The notes below the pieces were generated by a model. That model was not told where the DNA came from. It saw nothing but the letters and a program-made list of their open reading frames with translations, and did no database searches. A stretch of DNA of 64,000 nt from Lysobacterales bacterium. Lineage in GTDB: Bacteria > Pseudomonadota > Gammaproteobacteria > Xanthomonadales > SZUA-36. A program made the translations under genes and the position numbers. Shown here piece after piece: positions 31,788 to 41,757 of the stretch. Location: the NCBI GenBank assembly GCA_014238945.1, contig JABAAB010000100.1, positions 13,612 to 77,611 of the forward strand, written 5' to 3'. Position 1 is the first letter of the stretch; each line of letters begins with the position of its first letter.

Positions 31788-33017
31788 TTAAAGCACCTGA
31801 TCCAGGGCCGCTATCAGGCGGGCCACCTCTTCTGCCGAGGTGTAATGTACAAACGAGGCCCGCACAACACCTTCATCGGTGTCGATACCCAGTGCATCTA
31901 TCAATCGATATGCGTAGAAGTGGCCCACCCCGACACCGATCTTCAATTCCGCCAGTTTCAGACCCAACTCGGCAGGGCTTTGGCCCTCGATTGTGAACGA
32001 CACGGTTGGCGCCCGGTCCTCAGTGGTGCTGCGCCCGATCAACTGCGTTTTGGGGTGATCGTTCAGGAACTCCAGCAGCTTGCGCAACAAGCGGCGTTCC
32101 TCTTGTTGAAATAGCTCAAGTACACGATTGGCACGGGTCCAGGTGGTCAGGTCGTGGTCAAAATGGTGGTCGTGCACCGTCTCCATGTAATCCATAACCC
32201 CATTGACGGATGCAACTTGTGCGTGATCGGGACCTGCTGGGGTAAAGCGGTCGGTGGGGTGACGCTCATTGAAGAAATGTCCCTGGTTGGGTAATCGCTC
32301 ATTGAGCGCACTGCGCATCACCATCACACCCAGGTGTGGACCGTAGACCTTGTAAAGCGAGAACAGGTAGATGTCCGCACCCAGCGCCTCAACATCGGGC
32401 ATGCCATGACCGGCATAGGACACGCCATCCACGATGGCAATCGCTCCTGCTGCGTGAATCCTGTCAACCCATTCGCGTACCGGGTGCATACTGCCAACGA
32501 TATTCGAGCAGTGTGTGAACGCTACTGCCCGGGTGTACTCACTCAGCAGGTCTTCCAGTCCAACGGAATCCAGTTCGGCGCTGTGCGGGTCTATCTTCCA
32601 TTCCCGCACAACGATTCCGGCCTCTTCCAGCCTGCGCCATGCCCCCACGTTGGCCTCATGATCCTGGTTGGTGACAATGATTTCATCTCCCGCCTTGAGA
32701 TGTTGTCTCAGCGCCTGTGCCACAACACAGGTGTTTTGCGATGTTGACGGTCCGAAATGTACCTCATCTGCCTTGACATTAAGCCACCGTGCCATTCGTA
32801 TGCGGGATTCATCCATCTGCTCACCGGCACCAATCGAAGGCTCAAATCCGTAATATGGCTGTAACTTGGTTTCCCGGTAATACCGGTTTAAATGCTCAAT
32901 TACCTGCCCACAAGCGTAGGAGCCACCGGCATTTTCAAAATGTGCAAACCCTTCCAGTGAGGGCTCACTGAAAGCCGGAAACTGGCTTCTGACAAAGTCG
33001 GTATCCAGGTTTATCAT
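31788..33017 (-). CDS. Class-V-fold PLP-dependent aminotransferase / cysteine-desulfurase-like enzyme
   Basis: 409 aa. PLP-lysine context FSLYKVYGPHLG and AFTHCSNIVG. Lies 32 nt downstream of gabD. Confidence 0.7.
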   Translation of the reverse strand: MINLDTDFVRSQFPAFSEPSLEGFAHFENAGGSYACGQVIEHLNRYYRETKLQPYYGFEPSIGAGEQMDESRIRMARWLNVKADEVHFGPSTSQNTCVVAQALRQHLKAGDEIIVTNQDHEANVGAWRRLEEAGIVVREWKIDPHSAELDSVGLEDLLSEYTRAVAFTHCSNIVGSMHPVREWVDRIHAAGAIAIVDGVSYAGHGMPDVEALGADIYLFSLYKVYGPHLGVMVMRSALNERLPNQGHFFNERHPTDRFTPAGPDHAQVASVNGVMDYMETVHDHHFDHDLTTWTRANRVLELFQQEERRLLRKLLEFLNDHPKTQLIGRSTTEDRAPTVSFTIEGQSPAELGLKLAELKIGVGVGHFYAYRLIDALGIDTDEGVVRASFVHYTSAEEVARLIAALDQVL

Positions 33018-33049
33018 CTATTTCTCTCCGATTCCGGCTGCGCGTAGCC

Positions 33050-34531
33050 TTAATTCAAGCCTGCCATCGTAATGTATTTGATCTCTATGAATTCATCGAT
33101 ACCGTATTTTGACCCCTCACGCCCGCTACCGGATTCCTTCATGCCACCAAAAGGTGCCACCTCGGTGGACAGAATTCCGTCGTTGATACAAACCATGCCA
33201 TATTCCAGTCCCTCGGCCACCCGCCAGACACGACCCAGGTCGCGGGCATAGAAATAAGCGGCCAAACCAAACTCCGTGTCATTGGCCTGTTCGATCACTT
33301 CATCTTCATCGCTGAAACGGAACACCGGCGCAATCGGACCAAAAATTTCTTCTCGTGCGAAAGCCATTCCGGCATCAACATTTTTCACCACGGTTGGCTG
33401 GTAAAAGTATCCACCCAGCGCATGACGTTGCCCACCCTCGATTACATCAGCACCCTTGCTGACAGAGTCCGCCAGCAACTGTTCCACTTTTTCGACCGCA
33501 CCTTCCGATATCAGGGGACCGACGCTCACGCCAGCCTCATCACCACAACCAACCTTCAGCTCCCTGGCTGCCTGTGTAAATTTTTCAACAAACTCATCAT
33601 GAACGGCATCCTGAACGTAAAACCGGTTGGCGCAGACACAGGTCTGGCCGGCATTCCGGTACTTTGCAAGGATGGCACCCTGTACTGCTGCATCAATGTC
33701 CGCATCGTCAAATACAATAAAAGGTGCGTTTCCACCCAATTCCATTGAAACCTTCTTGACCGTCGAGGCACATTGACGAATCAGTTGCTTGCCTACACCG
33801 GTAGAACCCGTGAAGGAGAACTTTCTCACCAGTGGGCTTTGTGTCAGCTCCAATCCGACGTCCCTCGAATGGGTGGTGGTGATGATATTGAATACTCCCG
33901 GCGGTATTCCGGCCTGTCCCGCCAGCTCAGCAAGCGCCAGCGCGGAAAGGGGTGTTTCCGATGCCGGTTTGATCACGACCGGACAGCCCGCAGCCAGGGC
34001 GGGACCGGCCTTGCGGGTAATCATTGCATTGGGGAAATTCCACGGTGTAATACAGGCGACCACCCCAACCGACTGCTTGATCACTACAATTCGCCGGTCC
34101 GGCATATGGGTGGGGATCACGTCGCCATACACCCGCTTACCTTCCTCGGCAAACCACTCGATGAAAGAACCACCGTACATGATTTCACCGGCAGACTCCG
34201 CCAGGGGTTTGCCCTGTTCTGCGGTCATCAGCCTGGCCAGGTCATCCTTGTTATCCATTATCAACTCATACCAGCAACGCAGAATGGCCGCCCGTTCCTT
34301 GGCTGTCTTGTCCCGCCACGCGGGCCAGGCATCACTGGCTGCCTGAATTGCACGCCGTGTCTCTTCAACCCCCTGGTTGGGTACCGTGGCCAAAACTGCC
34401 CCGTTCGCCGGATTGGTGACCTCAAAGGTTGCGTCGTCATCGGCATTCACCCAGTCGCTATTGATATAGGCCTGTGATCTGAAAAGATCGGGGTTCTTCA
34501 GATTGAGCTGCGTCTCTTTCTTGTTCAGCAT
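33050..34531 (-). CDS. gabD: Succinate-semialdehyde dehydrogenase (NAD(P)+)
   Basis: 493 aa, near-colinear with E. coli GabD as I recall it (DVTNPANG, ITPWNFP, ELGGNAP, catalytic Cys in GQTCVCANR, EFGLAAYFYARD). Confidence 0.88.
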   Translation of the reverse strand: MLNKKETQLNLKNPDLFRSQAYINSDWVNADDDATFEVTNPANGAVLATVPNQGVEETRRAIQAASDAWPAWRDKTAKERAAILRCWYELIMDNKDDLARLMTAEQGKPLAESAGEIMYGGSFIEWFAEEGKRVYGDVIPTHMPDRRIVVIKQSVGVVACITPWNFPNAMITRKAGPALAAGCPVVIKPASETPLSALALAELAGQAGIPPGVFNIITTTHSRDVGLELTQSPLVRKFSFTGSTGVGKQLIRQCASTVKKVSMELGGNAPFIVFDDADIDAAVQGAILAKYRNAGQTCVCANRFYVQDAVHDEFVEKFTQAARELKVGCGDEAGVSVGPLISEGAVEKVEQLLADSVSKGADVIEGGQRHALGGYFYQPTVVKNVDAGMAFAREEIFGPIAPVFRFSDEDEVIEQANDTEFGLAAYFYARDLGRVWRVAEGLEYGMVCINDGILSTEVAPFGGMKESGSGREGSKYGIDEFIEIKYITMAGLN

Positions 34532-34738
34532 TTCATGCGTCCTGTCAGGTATCCATCGGCCAGCCTGCTACATTCCGGTCTGAGGGTGCCAATGTCAATA
34601 CCACAATGCAAAGTATTCATTGATACCCGAAAATTGTCCCCCGTTGCGCGGTGCCGATACCGGCCAACATTGTCGTAGGTCGTGCGGGTCTCGTATGGTC
34701 ACCGGAAAAACGAACATACAGCGGTATTGATAGGCGCT

Positions 34739-35917
34739 TTATTCCTCCGGGTTCCCGCTGTAATAATTTCGCAGAATTTTGACCACCTCCGGTCTGCTGA
34801 ACTCAATGGGAATGTCCGCGCCGCGAGACAGCATGTCACGTTGCTGGGTTCCGGATATGTGTATCCTTTGCTGGTCTTCGTGTGGGCAGGTTTTAGCCGT
34901 TGCCATGCCGTAACAGGCGGTGCAAAAAAACGTAATGTCGATCTTCAGCGCCCGGGTAACAAGCGCCCCATCCCACAATGTGTCAAATATATGGTGTGCG
35001 TCGAACGGCCCATAATAATCACCCACACCGGCATGGTCCCGTCCTACAATCAGGTGTGAACAACCGTAGTTCTGGCGGATCAATGCATGCAGGAGCGCTT
35101 CACGCGGCCCGGCATAACGCATCTCGATCGGGTACCCGGCCTGAATAATGGTGCCGGCAACAAAGTAGTGATCTATCATGGCCTGGATCGCTTCCGTGCG
35201 GACCTGTGCCGGAATGTCTCCCGGTTTCAGTTTGCCCAGAACCTGGTGAATGAAGACCCCGTCGGTGACCTCAAGTGCTATTTTTACCAGATGTTCGTGT
35301 GCCCTTTGCATCGGATTGCGGGTTTGAAATGCCGCCACCCGTGACCAACCGTTTTCCGCAAACATCGCACGTGCACGTGCGGGGCGGATATAAAGTCCGG
35401 GGTATTTGTCCGGGTACGTACCCTCGGACAAACAACGGACTCGCCCTGCCAGGTTGACCACACCCTGTTGCAGCACTTTCTCAACTCCCGGGTGTGCGGG
35501 ATCCGTTGTCTTGTAAATCCGTTCGCACTCTAGGGTTTTGTCCGGGGTGTATTTATCGGTGACCTCCATCATCGCAATAATTTCGCCGCTTTCACCATCG
35601 AGCAACGCAACCTCCTCTTCCAGGTCGATTCCGTCTGCCCGGTCCTGATCGCAGGACAAGGTAATTGGTATCGGCCAGAAAACGCCACTGACCAGTTTCA
35701 TTGCCTGGCAGACACCACGCCAGTCCCCCTCATCCATAAAACCATCGATCGGTGTATAGGCCCCCATGGCCATCATCAGCACGTCCGATACCTCGCGGCT
35801 GGTCATGTGAACTTTTTTCATGCTCCGTGCACGCTCCAGCTCCGCCGGACGTTCAGCTGCGGGAATCAAAAGAGCCACTAGGCCACAACCGCCATGCGGA
35901 TCCACCAAACTGGACAC
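34739..35917 (-). CDS. sat: Sulfate adenylyltransferase (dissimilatory ATP sulfurylase)
   Basis: 392 aa from the GTG at 35917, with AGGAGG 8 nt upstream. Motifs QTRNPMQRAHE and GRDHAGVG. The 507-aa ORF-track version has an implausible N-terminal extension that overlaps the aprM upstream region. Confidence 0.88.
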   Translation of the reverse strand: MSSLVDPHGGCGLVALLIPAAERPAELERARSMKKVHMTSREVSDVLMMAMGAYTPIDGFMDEGDWRGVCQAMKLVSGVFWPIPITLSCDQDRADGIDLEEEVALLDGESGEIIAMMEVTDKYTPDKTLECERIYKTTDPAHPGVEKVLQQGVVNLAGRVRCLSEGTYPDKYPGLYIRPARARAMFAENGWSRVAAFQTRNPMQRAHEHLVKIALEVTDGVFIHQVLGKLKPGDIPAQVRTEAIQAMIDHYFVAGTIIQAGYPIEMRYAGPREALLHALIRQNYGCSHLIVGRDHAGVGDYYGPFDAHHIFDTLWDGALVTRALKIDITFFCTACYGMATAKTCPHEDQQRIHISGTQQRDMLSRGADIPIEFSRPEVVKILRNYYSGNPEE

Positions 35918-36142
35918 TGTCTTCACCTCCTGGTCAGAGAAACCATAAATCAACCCGAGTATTGTGTATCCGGTGCTGTTTTTCCATGTAATTTTGCACA
36001 AATGGAGAACTGGCGACCCAAATGCAGAACCCTCATGGTCGCAAATATTACAAAAAACGAATATATTATGCCGGGTACGGCAAACTATCATCCTGACCCG
36101 ATACACAAGGGCAGGAAAAACCCAGAGGACGAGGAAACCCTG

Positions 36143-36928
36143 ATGTTCACCAGCAACCCTTTTGCCGAGCTCTCGGTTTGGATATCTCCCTTGGTCATGC
36201 AGACATATATTATTGTCATGATCACCCTCGTTGCTGTCGGCACGGTATACGACATACTGCACAAGAAAAGCGCCCGGTATTTTTGGAACAACTGGCGAAA
36301 CTCAAAATCAGAAGGGGACCGTAATGTTGGTGGTGGGGAAATGATTTCCATGGCCATCAAAACCGCTGTGGTGGACGTTGCGGCCTCAGGCGAATTCTGC
36401 AACGCACGTCGTCGAATTGCTCATCTGCTGACCATGTACGGATTCCTGGTTTTTGCGATTACTACGATCATCATGGTGTTCTGGTATCCAACACCCAACT
36501 TGGCAACCCCTGGTTTCCTGCCACAATTGTGGGCCCTGGGTGCGATGATGGTTTGCGTTGGCGGTTATTGGTTCTGGTTTTTCATCAGGGTCGATGTCGC
36601 AGCCGAGGGTGGTTCACCGTTCCGCATCATGCGTGCTGATCTGTTTGTTCTTTCATTACTCGCAAGTACCACTTTCGCTCTGATATGGGCTTACATGCAG
36701 GAAGCCGGCAATCAGTGGGCAATGATCTTTTTTGGCTTACACGTGCTGTCCTCAACGATACTTTTCGGTTCGGTTCCCTGGTCAAAATTCGCACATATGT
36801 TCTTCAAACCCGCCGCCGCGTTTGAAAAACGACTGTCTGATGCGAATGGTTCGCGCGGCAACTTGCCTCCCCCATCTGAAAATCCGGAAACATTTGGCCG
36901 TGTTGGTCATCAACCACGCAATTACTAA
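36143..36928 (+). CDS. aprM: AprM-like membrane anchor of APS reductase (NarI/HdrE-like, about 5 TM)
   Basis: About five hydrophobic helices and a C-terminal PWSKFAHMFFKP motif. Sits immediately upstream of aprBA. The start is uncertain: ATG 36143 is preceded by GAGGA, and 36068 is an alternative. Confidence 0.6.
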   Translation: MFTSNPFAELSVWISPLVMQTYIIVMITLVAVGTVYDILHKKSARYFWNNWRNSKSEGDRNVGGGEMISMAIKTAVVDVAASGEFCNARRRIAHLLTMYGFLVFAITTIIMVFWYPTPNLATPGFLPQLWALGAMMVCVGGYWFWFFIRVDVAAEGGSPFRIMRADLFVLSLLASTTFALIWAYMQEAGNQWAMIFFGLHVLSSTILFGSVPWSKFAHMFFKPAAAFEKRLSDANGSRGNLPPPSENPETFGRVGHQPRNY

Positions 36929-36946
36929 CTAAGGAAAAAGTTAATT

Positions 36947-37408
36947 ATGCCCACTTTTGTATATATGACACGCTGCGATGGTTGTGGACATTGTGTCGAC
37001 ATCTGCCCGTCCGACATCATGCACATCGACAAGACCTATCGGCGCGCCTATAACATCGAGCCCAATATGTGCTGGGAGTGTTACTCCTGTGTCAAGGCCT
37101 GTCCGCAGAACGCGATCGATGTCCGTGGTTATGCCGATTTCGCCCCCCTGGGCCACAGCGTGCGGGTATTGAGGGAAGAGGGGAAGAACACCATTTCCTG
37201 GAAAGTCAAATTTCGCAACGGCCATGAAAAGAATTTCGTTTCACCAATCCGAACCACCCCCTGGGGTTCCATCAAAGCACCGGAAGATTACGATATACCG
37301 GATGAAACCGCTCTGAAAAATCAAGAGCTTGCGCATGAGCCAGAATCGTTGAACATTGACGGGCTGCCAACACTCAAACCTGACCAACTCAAGCTGGGGG
37401 TGGTCTGA
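36947..37408 (+). CDS. aprB: Adenylylsulfate reductase beta subunit
   Basis: 153 aa. Two ferredoxin-type clusters (CDGCGHCVDICP; CWECYSCVKACP) plus the AprB C-terminal tail. Confidence 0.92.
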   Translation: MPTFVYMTRCDGCGHCVDICPSDIMHIDKTYRRAYNIEPNMCWECYSCVKACPQNAIDVRGYADFAPLGHSVRVLREEGKNTISWKVKFRNGHEKNFVSPIRTTPWGSIKAPEDYDIPDETALKNQELAHEPESLNIDGLPTLKPDQLKLGVV

Positions 37409-39252
37409 TGGGTCTGTTCTCACGCAGAAAAACTGTACACGTCGATTCCGACATCCTCGTTATAGGCGGTGGTATGGCGGGTTGCGGGGCCACCTATGAA
37501 TCCAGGTACTGGGGTCGCGATTTAAAGGTGGTTTGCGTGGAAAAGGCAAACATCGAACGCAGTGGCGCTGTTGCCCAGGGTCTTTATGCGATCAACTGCT
37601 ACATGGGTATGCAGTGGGATGAGAACCAACCAGAAGACCACGTCCGCTATGCCCGTAACGACCTCATGGGTCTGGTGCGCGAAGACCTGGGCTATGACAT
37701 AGCCCGGCATGTAGATTCGACCGTGCACAAGTTCGAGGAGTGGGGTCTTCCCATCATGAAAGACCCGGAAACCGGGCGCTACCAACGCGAAGGCAAATGG
37801 CAGATCATGATTCACGGCGAAAGCTACAAACCCATCGTGGCCGAGGCCGCACGCAAGGCGGCCACCGAAATCTACAACCGCATCATGGTGACCCACCTGC
37901 TGATGGACGAGACAAAGAAAAACCGGGTCGCCGGGGCGGTTGGTTTCAATGTCAGAACGGGTGATTTCTACGTTTTTCGTGCCAAGGCCGTTATCGTGGC
38001 GGCCGGTGGTGCTTCACATATTTACAAGCCACGCTCGGTAGGTGAGGGTATGGGCAGGACCTGGTACGCACCCTGGAGCAGCGCCTCGGCCTATGCTTTG
38101 CCCATTGAGGTAGGCGCCAAGATGACGCAGATGGAGAATCGGATCGTTCTGACCCGGTTCAAGGACGGCTATGGCCCGGTCGGCGCGTATTTCCTGCACC
38201 TGAAAACGTACACGGAAAACGCCTACGGTAATGAATATGAATCCACCTGGTACGAAAACACAAAGGAACTGGTGGGGGATTATATCGACCGGCATCCTGT
38301 GCCCACCTGTCTGCGTAACCACGCGATGCTCGAGGAGGTCAAGGCCGGCAGGGGACCCATTCGTATGGTCACCAAAGAGGCTTTTCAGGATCCGCACCTG
38401 GAGACCATTGGCTGGGAGAATTTCCTGGGCATGACGATCGGACAGGCCGTTGTCTGGGCATCTCAGAATATCGACCCCAAGCACACCAACCCTGAACTGA
38501 CCACGTCAGAGCCTTATGTCATGGGTTCCCATGCGACCTGCTCTGGCGCCTGGGCCAGTGGACCGGAAGATTACGCCCCGGACGAGTACCAGTGGGGTTA
38601 TAACCGCATGATGACGGTCGATGGCCTGTTTGGCGCCGGCGACACCATTGGTGGAACAGCACACAAGTTCTCTTCGGGTTCCTACACCGAAGGGCGGATT
38701 GCCGCAAAGGCGGCAGTAAACTATATCAAGGACATGGGCAAAGACAGGCCCCAGGTCAGTGAGGACGAGTATCAAAGCTTGAAAAAGGTGGTCTTCCAGC
38801 CGATGGAAAACTACGAGGTCGGACGTAACGAGATCGTTGCGGGTAGTGTTTCCCCCAGCTACATATCACCCCTTCAGGGTCTGCAGCGTCTTGAGAAAAT
38901 CATGGATGAGTATGTCGGTGGTATCAGTGCACATTACATGACCAACGAGCCATTACTCACCCGGGGCCTGGAGCTTCTGGACATGCTCAAGGAAGACATG
39001 AACTGCATCGGGGCCGAGGATCTGCACCAGCTTCAGAGGGCCTGGGAATTACACCATCGCCTGCGGGCCTCGGAATCGGTGACGCACCACACCCTGTTTC
39101 GCAAGGAGACCCGCTGGCCGGGATATTACTACCGGGGTGATCATATGAAGCTGGATGACAATGACTGGCATTGCTTCACGCTTTCCAGCTACGACCGGGA
39201 ATCCGGTGACTGGGATTTGGAGAAAGCCCCCGTCTATCACATCATTGATTAG
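37408..39252 (+). CDS. aprA: Adenylylsulfate reductase alpha subunit
   Basis: 614 aa. FAD fold ILVIGGGMAGCGA and a fumarate-reductase-like flavoprotein architecture. TGATG overlap with aprB. Confidence 0.92.
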   Translation: MGLFSRRKTVHVDSDILVIGGGMAGCGATYESRYWGRDLKVVCVEKANIERSGAVAQGLYAINCYMGMQWDENQPEDHVRYARNDLMGLVREDLGYDIARHVDSTVHKFEEWGLPIMKDPETGRYQREGKWQIMIHGESYKPIVAEAARKAATEIYNRIMVTHLLMDETKKNRVAGAVGFNVRTGDFYVFRAKAVIVAAGGASHIYKPRSVGEGMGRTWYAPWSSASAYALPIEVGAKMTQMENRIVLTRFKDGYGPVGAYFLHLKTYTENAYGNEYESTWYENTKELVGDYIDRHPVPTCLRNHAMLEEVKAGRGPIRMVTKEAFQDPHLETIGWENFLGMTIGQAVVWASQNIDPKHTNPELTTSEPYVMGSHATCSGAWASGPEDYAPDEYQWGYNRMMTVDGLFGAGDTIGGTAHKFSSGSYTEGRIAAKAAVNYIKDMGKDRPQVSEDEYQSLKKVVFQPMENYEVGRNEIVAGSVSPSYISPLQGLQRLEKIMDEYVGGISAHYMTNEPLLTRGLELLDMLKEDMNCIGAEDLHQLQRAWELHHRLRASESVTHHTLFRKETRWPGYYYRGDHMKLDDNDWHCFTLSSYDRESGDWDLEKAPVYHIID

Positions 39253-39433
39253 CCCCGTGTGTTTGTTCCCCTACAAGGTTGTCCCGTTTCAGGAGCGGAT
39301 AGGCCTCGAAAAATAAATTGTGACTGCAAATTCCTGTATTTCGACATGCACAGTCCTTATGGGCCGGGGCCAAAAAAAACTGTATACATGTGCGCCCGGT
39401 GAATATTCGATTTCTTTAATAAACAAAGTTTTA

Positions 39434-39439
39434 TATAAT
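39434..39439 (+). promoter_or_regulatory. Possible -10 element (TATAAT) for the dsrE-like/tusA pair
   Basis: A perfect TATAAT lies 38 nt upstream of the ATG at 39477. The -35 is weak (TTTCTT). Confidence 0.25.
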
Positions 39440-39476
39440 CGAGTGCTCTAAGTTCCTAACATTGAAGGTTTTTGAA

Positions 39477-40004
39477 ATGAGCAACGTGGCAGAGTTTGGT
39501 GCCCCTGCACCTATCCCCGGCATCGATCCCAACACGATGTCTATCATCGTCACCAAGGGCAGCCTGGACTGGGCCTATCCTCCATTTATCCTTGCTACAA
39601 CCGCTGCAGCCATGGGGTTGAAGGTTTCCATGTTTTTCACGTTCTATGGTCTGCCGCTGCTGATGAAGGATCTGAATTTGCAGGTGAGCTCTCTGGGTAA
39701 TCCCGCCATGAAAATGCCGATGATGGGTCTGCACATGGGCATGCCGAATATTGTCTCTGCCATTCCTGGTGTCGATGCAGCGGCCTCCCGGATGATGAAA
39801 AACCTGATGAAGGGCAAGGGCGTCGCCACCATTGAAGAACTTCGTGAGCTTGCGGTGGAAGCAGAGGTGCGTATGATCGCCTGCCAGATGACCATGGACC
39901 TGTTCGAATATTCTCTGCATGACATGATCGACGGTCCCGAGTTGGGAGGCGCGGCAACCTATATTGAAGTGGCGACAAAAAGCCACATCAATTTATTCAT
40001 CTGA
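39477..40004 (+). CDS. DsrE/DsrF/DrsH-family sulfur-relay protein (DsrE3/COG2210-like)
   Basis: 175 aa from the ATG at 39477; the ORF-track start is TTG. Has the DsrE-fold pattern (MSIIVTKGSLDWAYPPFILA...) and a single conserved-position Cys (MIACQMTMDLF). Adjacent to tusA. Confidence 0.7.
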   Translation: MSNVAEFGAPAPIPGIDPNTMSIIVTKGSLDWAYPPFILATTAAAMGLKVSMFFTFYGLPLLMKDLNLQVSSLGNPAMKMPMMGLHMGMPNIVSAIPGVDAAASRMMKNLMKGKGVATIEELRELAVEAEVRMIACQMTMDLFEYSLHDMIDGPELGGAATYIEVATKSHINLFI

Positions 40005-40051
40005 TGACAGCTTGAGTTTTTGAGTACAACCCACAAGGAAAATTGAACAAA

Positions 40052-40279
40052 ATGGCAGACCATTTTCTCGATGCACAAGGCTTGAACTGTCCATTACCCA
40101 TACTCCGGGCAAAGAAGGCGCTGAAGGGGGTTCCCGCCGGTGAAACCCTGGAAATCCTGTCGACTGACGCTGGCTCAGTGGCTGACTTTGCTGCTTTTTG
40201 CCGCACAACGGGTAATGAGTTATTGCAGCAGGGTGAAGATGGCGGGGTTTACCGCTTTATTTTACGCAAGCCTGCCTGA
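40052..40279 (+). CDS. tusA: TusA/SirA-family sulfur carrier
   Basis: 75 aa with DAQGLNCPLPILRAKKAL (CPxP active-site motif). ATG at 40052 preceded by AAGGA. Confidence 0.88.
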   Translation: MADHFLDAQGLNCPLPILRAKKALKGVPAGETLEILSTDAGSVADFAAFCRTTGNELLQQGEDGGVYRFILRKPA

Positions 40280-40346
40280 CAACCCGGTCACCATCAAATG
40301 ATGGTAAGAAAACGCCCTCTGTTCGGCTCTTACGTGGTAGCACCGC

Positions 40347-41708
40347 TCATTTTCCAATACAAAAGCTGGAAAATATAGCAGCCAGCAGGTCATCAGGGAG
40401 AAATTCACCGGTAATTTCACCCAGCACTTTATGAGCCAGTCTCAGCTCTTCCGCCAGTAATTCCGGAGCATTATTGTCCACTAACTGGTGTATACCGGTT
40501 TCCAGGTGCTTTCCGGTACGTCGCAATGCGTCCAGATGCCTGGTTCGTGCCGAAAAACCACCATCATAGCCACTGTCGAGACCGGCGATGTCGCGAATCG
40601 CACACTTCAACGGATCAATGCCTTCTCCGGTTTTGGCAGAAATATTCACATTTCCACTGTCATCCTGCCGTCGCCGTTGTGAGATGTCGACCTTGTTCCA
40701 GACACGAATAAACGGGATTTCGGGCATTGATTCCTCAATCTGTTTACAGGTTTTTTCTTGTCCCGCCTGAAGGTCAAGGACAAGCAATACCAGATCCGAT
40801 TTGAGCATGGTCGCCCTGGCCCGTCTAATTCCCTCAGCTTCGATCACATCCCTGGATTCCCTGATGCCCGCGGTGTCCGCGATGTGCACCGGTAATCCAT
40901 CGATGGAAATGGTTTCACGTAATACATCACGGGTGGTTCCTGGAATATCGGTCACAATGGCCGTATCCACACCTGCCAGTGCATTGAGCAGGCTGGATTT
41001 ACCGGCGTTCGGTGGACCGATAATCGCAATGGTAATACCATCACGCAATATCCTTCCCTGTCGGGCATCTTTTATCAGCTGACGGACACAGTGTTGTGCC
41101 TGGTCCAGTCGCTTGCTGGTGTCGCTATCGGTAATGAAATCTATCTCCTCTTCGGAGAAATCCAGCGCCGCCTCTATAAACACCCTGGTTGAAATCAACT
41201 GCTTTTGTAGCTCAATAATTCTTTCGGAAAACACGCCCTCAAGTGATCTTTGGGCGGCACGCGCGGCTGCACCAGTTGCAGACCCAATGAGATCGGCAAT
41301 GGCTTCCGCCTGGATGAGATCAAGCTTGTTGTTCAAAAAAGCCCGTTCTGAGAACTCTCCCGGCCGTGCAGATCGTGCACCGAGGTCAAGAATACGGCTT
41401 ATCAGCATTTGCAGGATCTGCGGACCACCGTGTGCCTGCAATTCCAGTGTGTCTTCTCCGGTAAATGATTCCGGTGCGACAAAATACAGTGCGATGCCAC
41501 TGTCAATTGTGCGGCCGTGTTGGTCCAGAAACCGTGAAAAATGTGCCTTTCGTGCGGTAACACGCACATCGAGAATTTGCCCCGCAATGGTTGAACTCAA
41601 TGGGCCAGAAATCCGGATGATGCCCACACCACCAACACCGGGCGGTGTGGCTATGGCGCAGATCGTATCCCTGTTACGAATATGTTCTTCACGGCCTTCC
41701 ATTGACAC
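40347..41708 (-). CDS. mnmE: tRNA modification GTPase MnmE
   Basis: 453 aa. G1 motif GPPNAGKSS, DTAGIR and C-terminal FCIGK. Confidence 0.95.
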   Translation of the reverse strand: MSMEGREEHIRNRDTICAIATPPGVGGVGIIRISGPLSSTIAGQILDVRVTARKAHFSRFLDQHGRTIDSGIALYFVAPESFTGEDTLELQAHGGPQILQMLISRILDLGARSARPGEFSERAFLNNKLDLIQAEAIADLIGSATGAAARAAQRSLEGVFSERIIELQKQLISTRVFIEAALDFSEEEIDFITDSDTSKRLDQAQHCVRQLIKDARQGRILRDGITIAIIGPPNAGKSSLLNALAGVDTAIVTDIPGTTRDVLRETISIDGLPVHIADTAGIRESRDVIEAEGIRRARATMLKSDLVLLVLDLQAGQEKTCKQIEESMPEIPFIRVWNKVDISQRRRQDDSGNVNISAKTGEGIDPLKCAIRDIAGLDSGYDGGFSARTRHLDALRRTGKHLETGIHQLVDNNAPELLAEELRLAHKVLGEITGEFLPDDLLAAIFSSFCIGK

Positions 41709-41757
41709 AGCTTAATGGATTAAACCGTGTTGATGAACCCGCAATTGATCCGTCTGG

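Noticed and set aside
36011-36026. Sigma-54-like -24/-12 element TGGCGACCCAAATGCA upstream of aprM.
   Set aside because: The GG/GC spacing is correct, but four flanking consensus positions mismatch and no enhancer-binding protein gene is nearby. A single weak match is not enough to call a promoter.
35894-36262. N-terminal extensions of the sat ORF (to 36262) and of the aprM ORF (from 35894), which overlap each other.
   Set aside because: The Sat homology begins at VSSLVDPHGG, where a GTG has a perfect AGGAGG upstream. The AprM hydrophobic core begins after the ATG at 36143. The extensions are Cys/His-rich nonsense and would force two divergent genes to overlap by about 370 nt.
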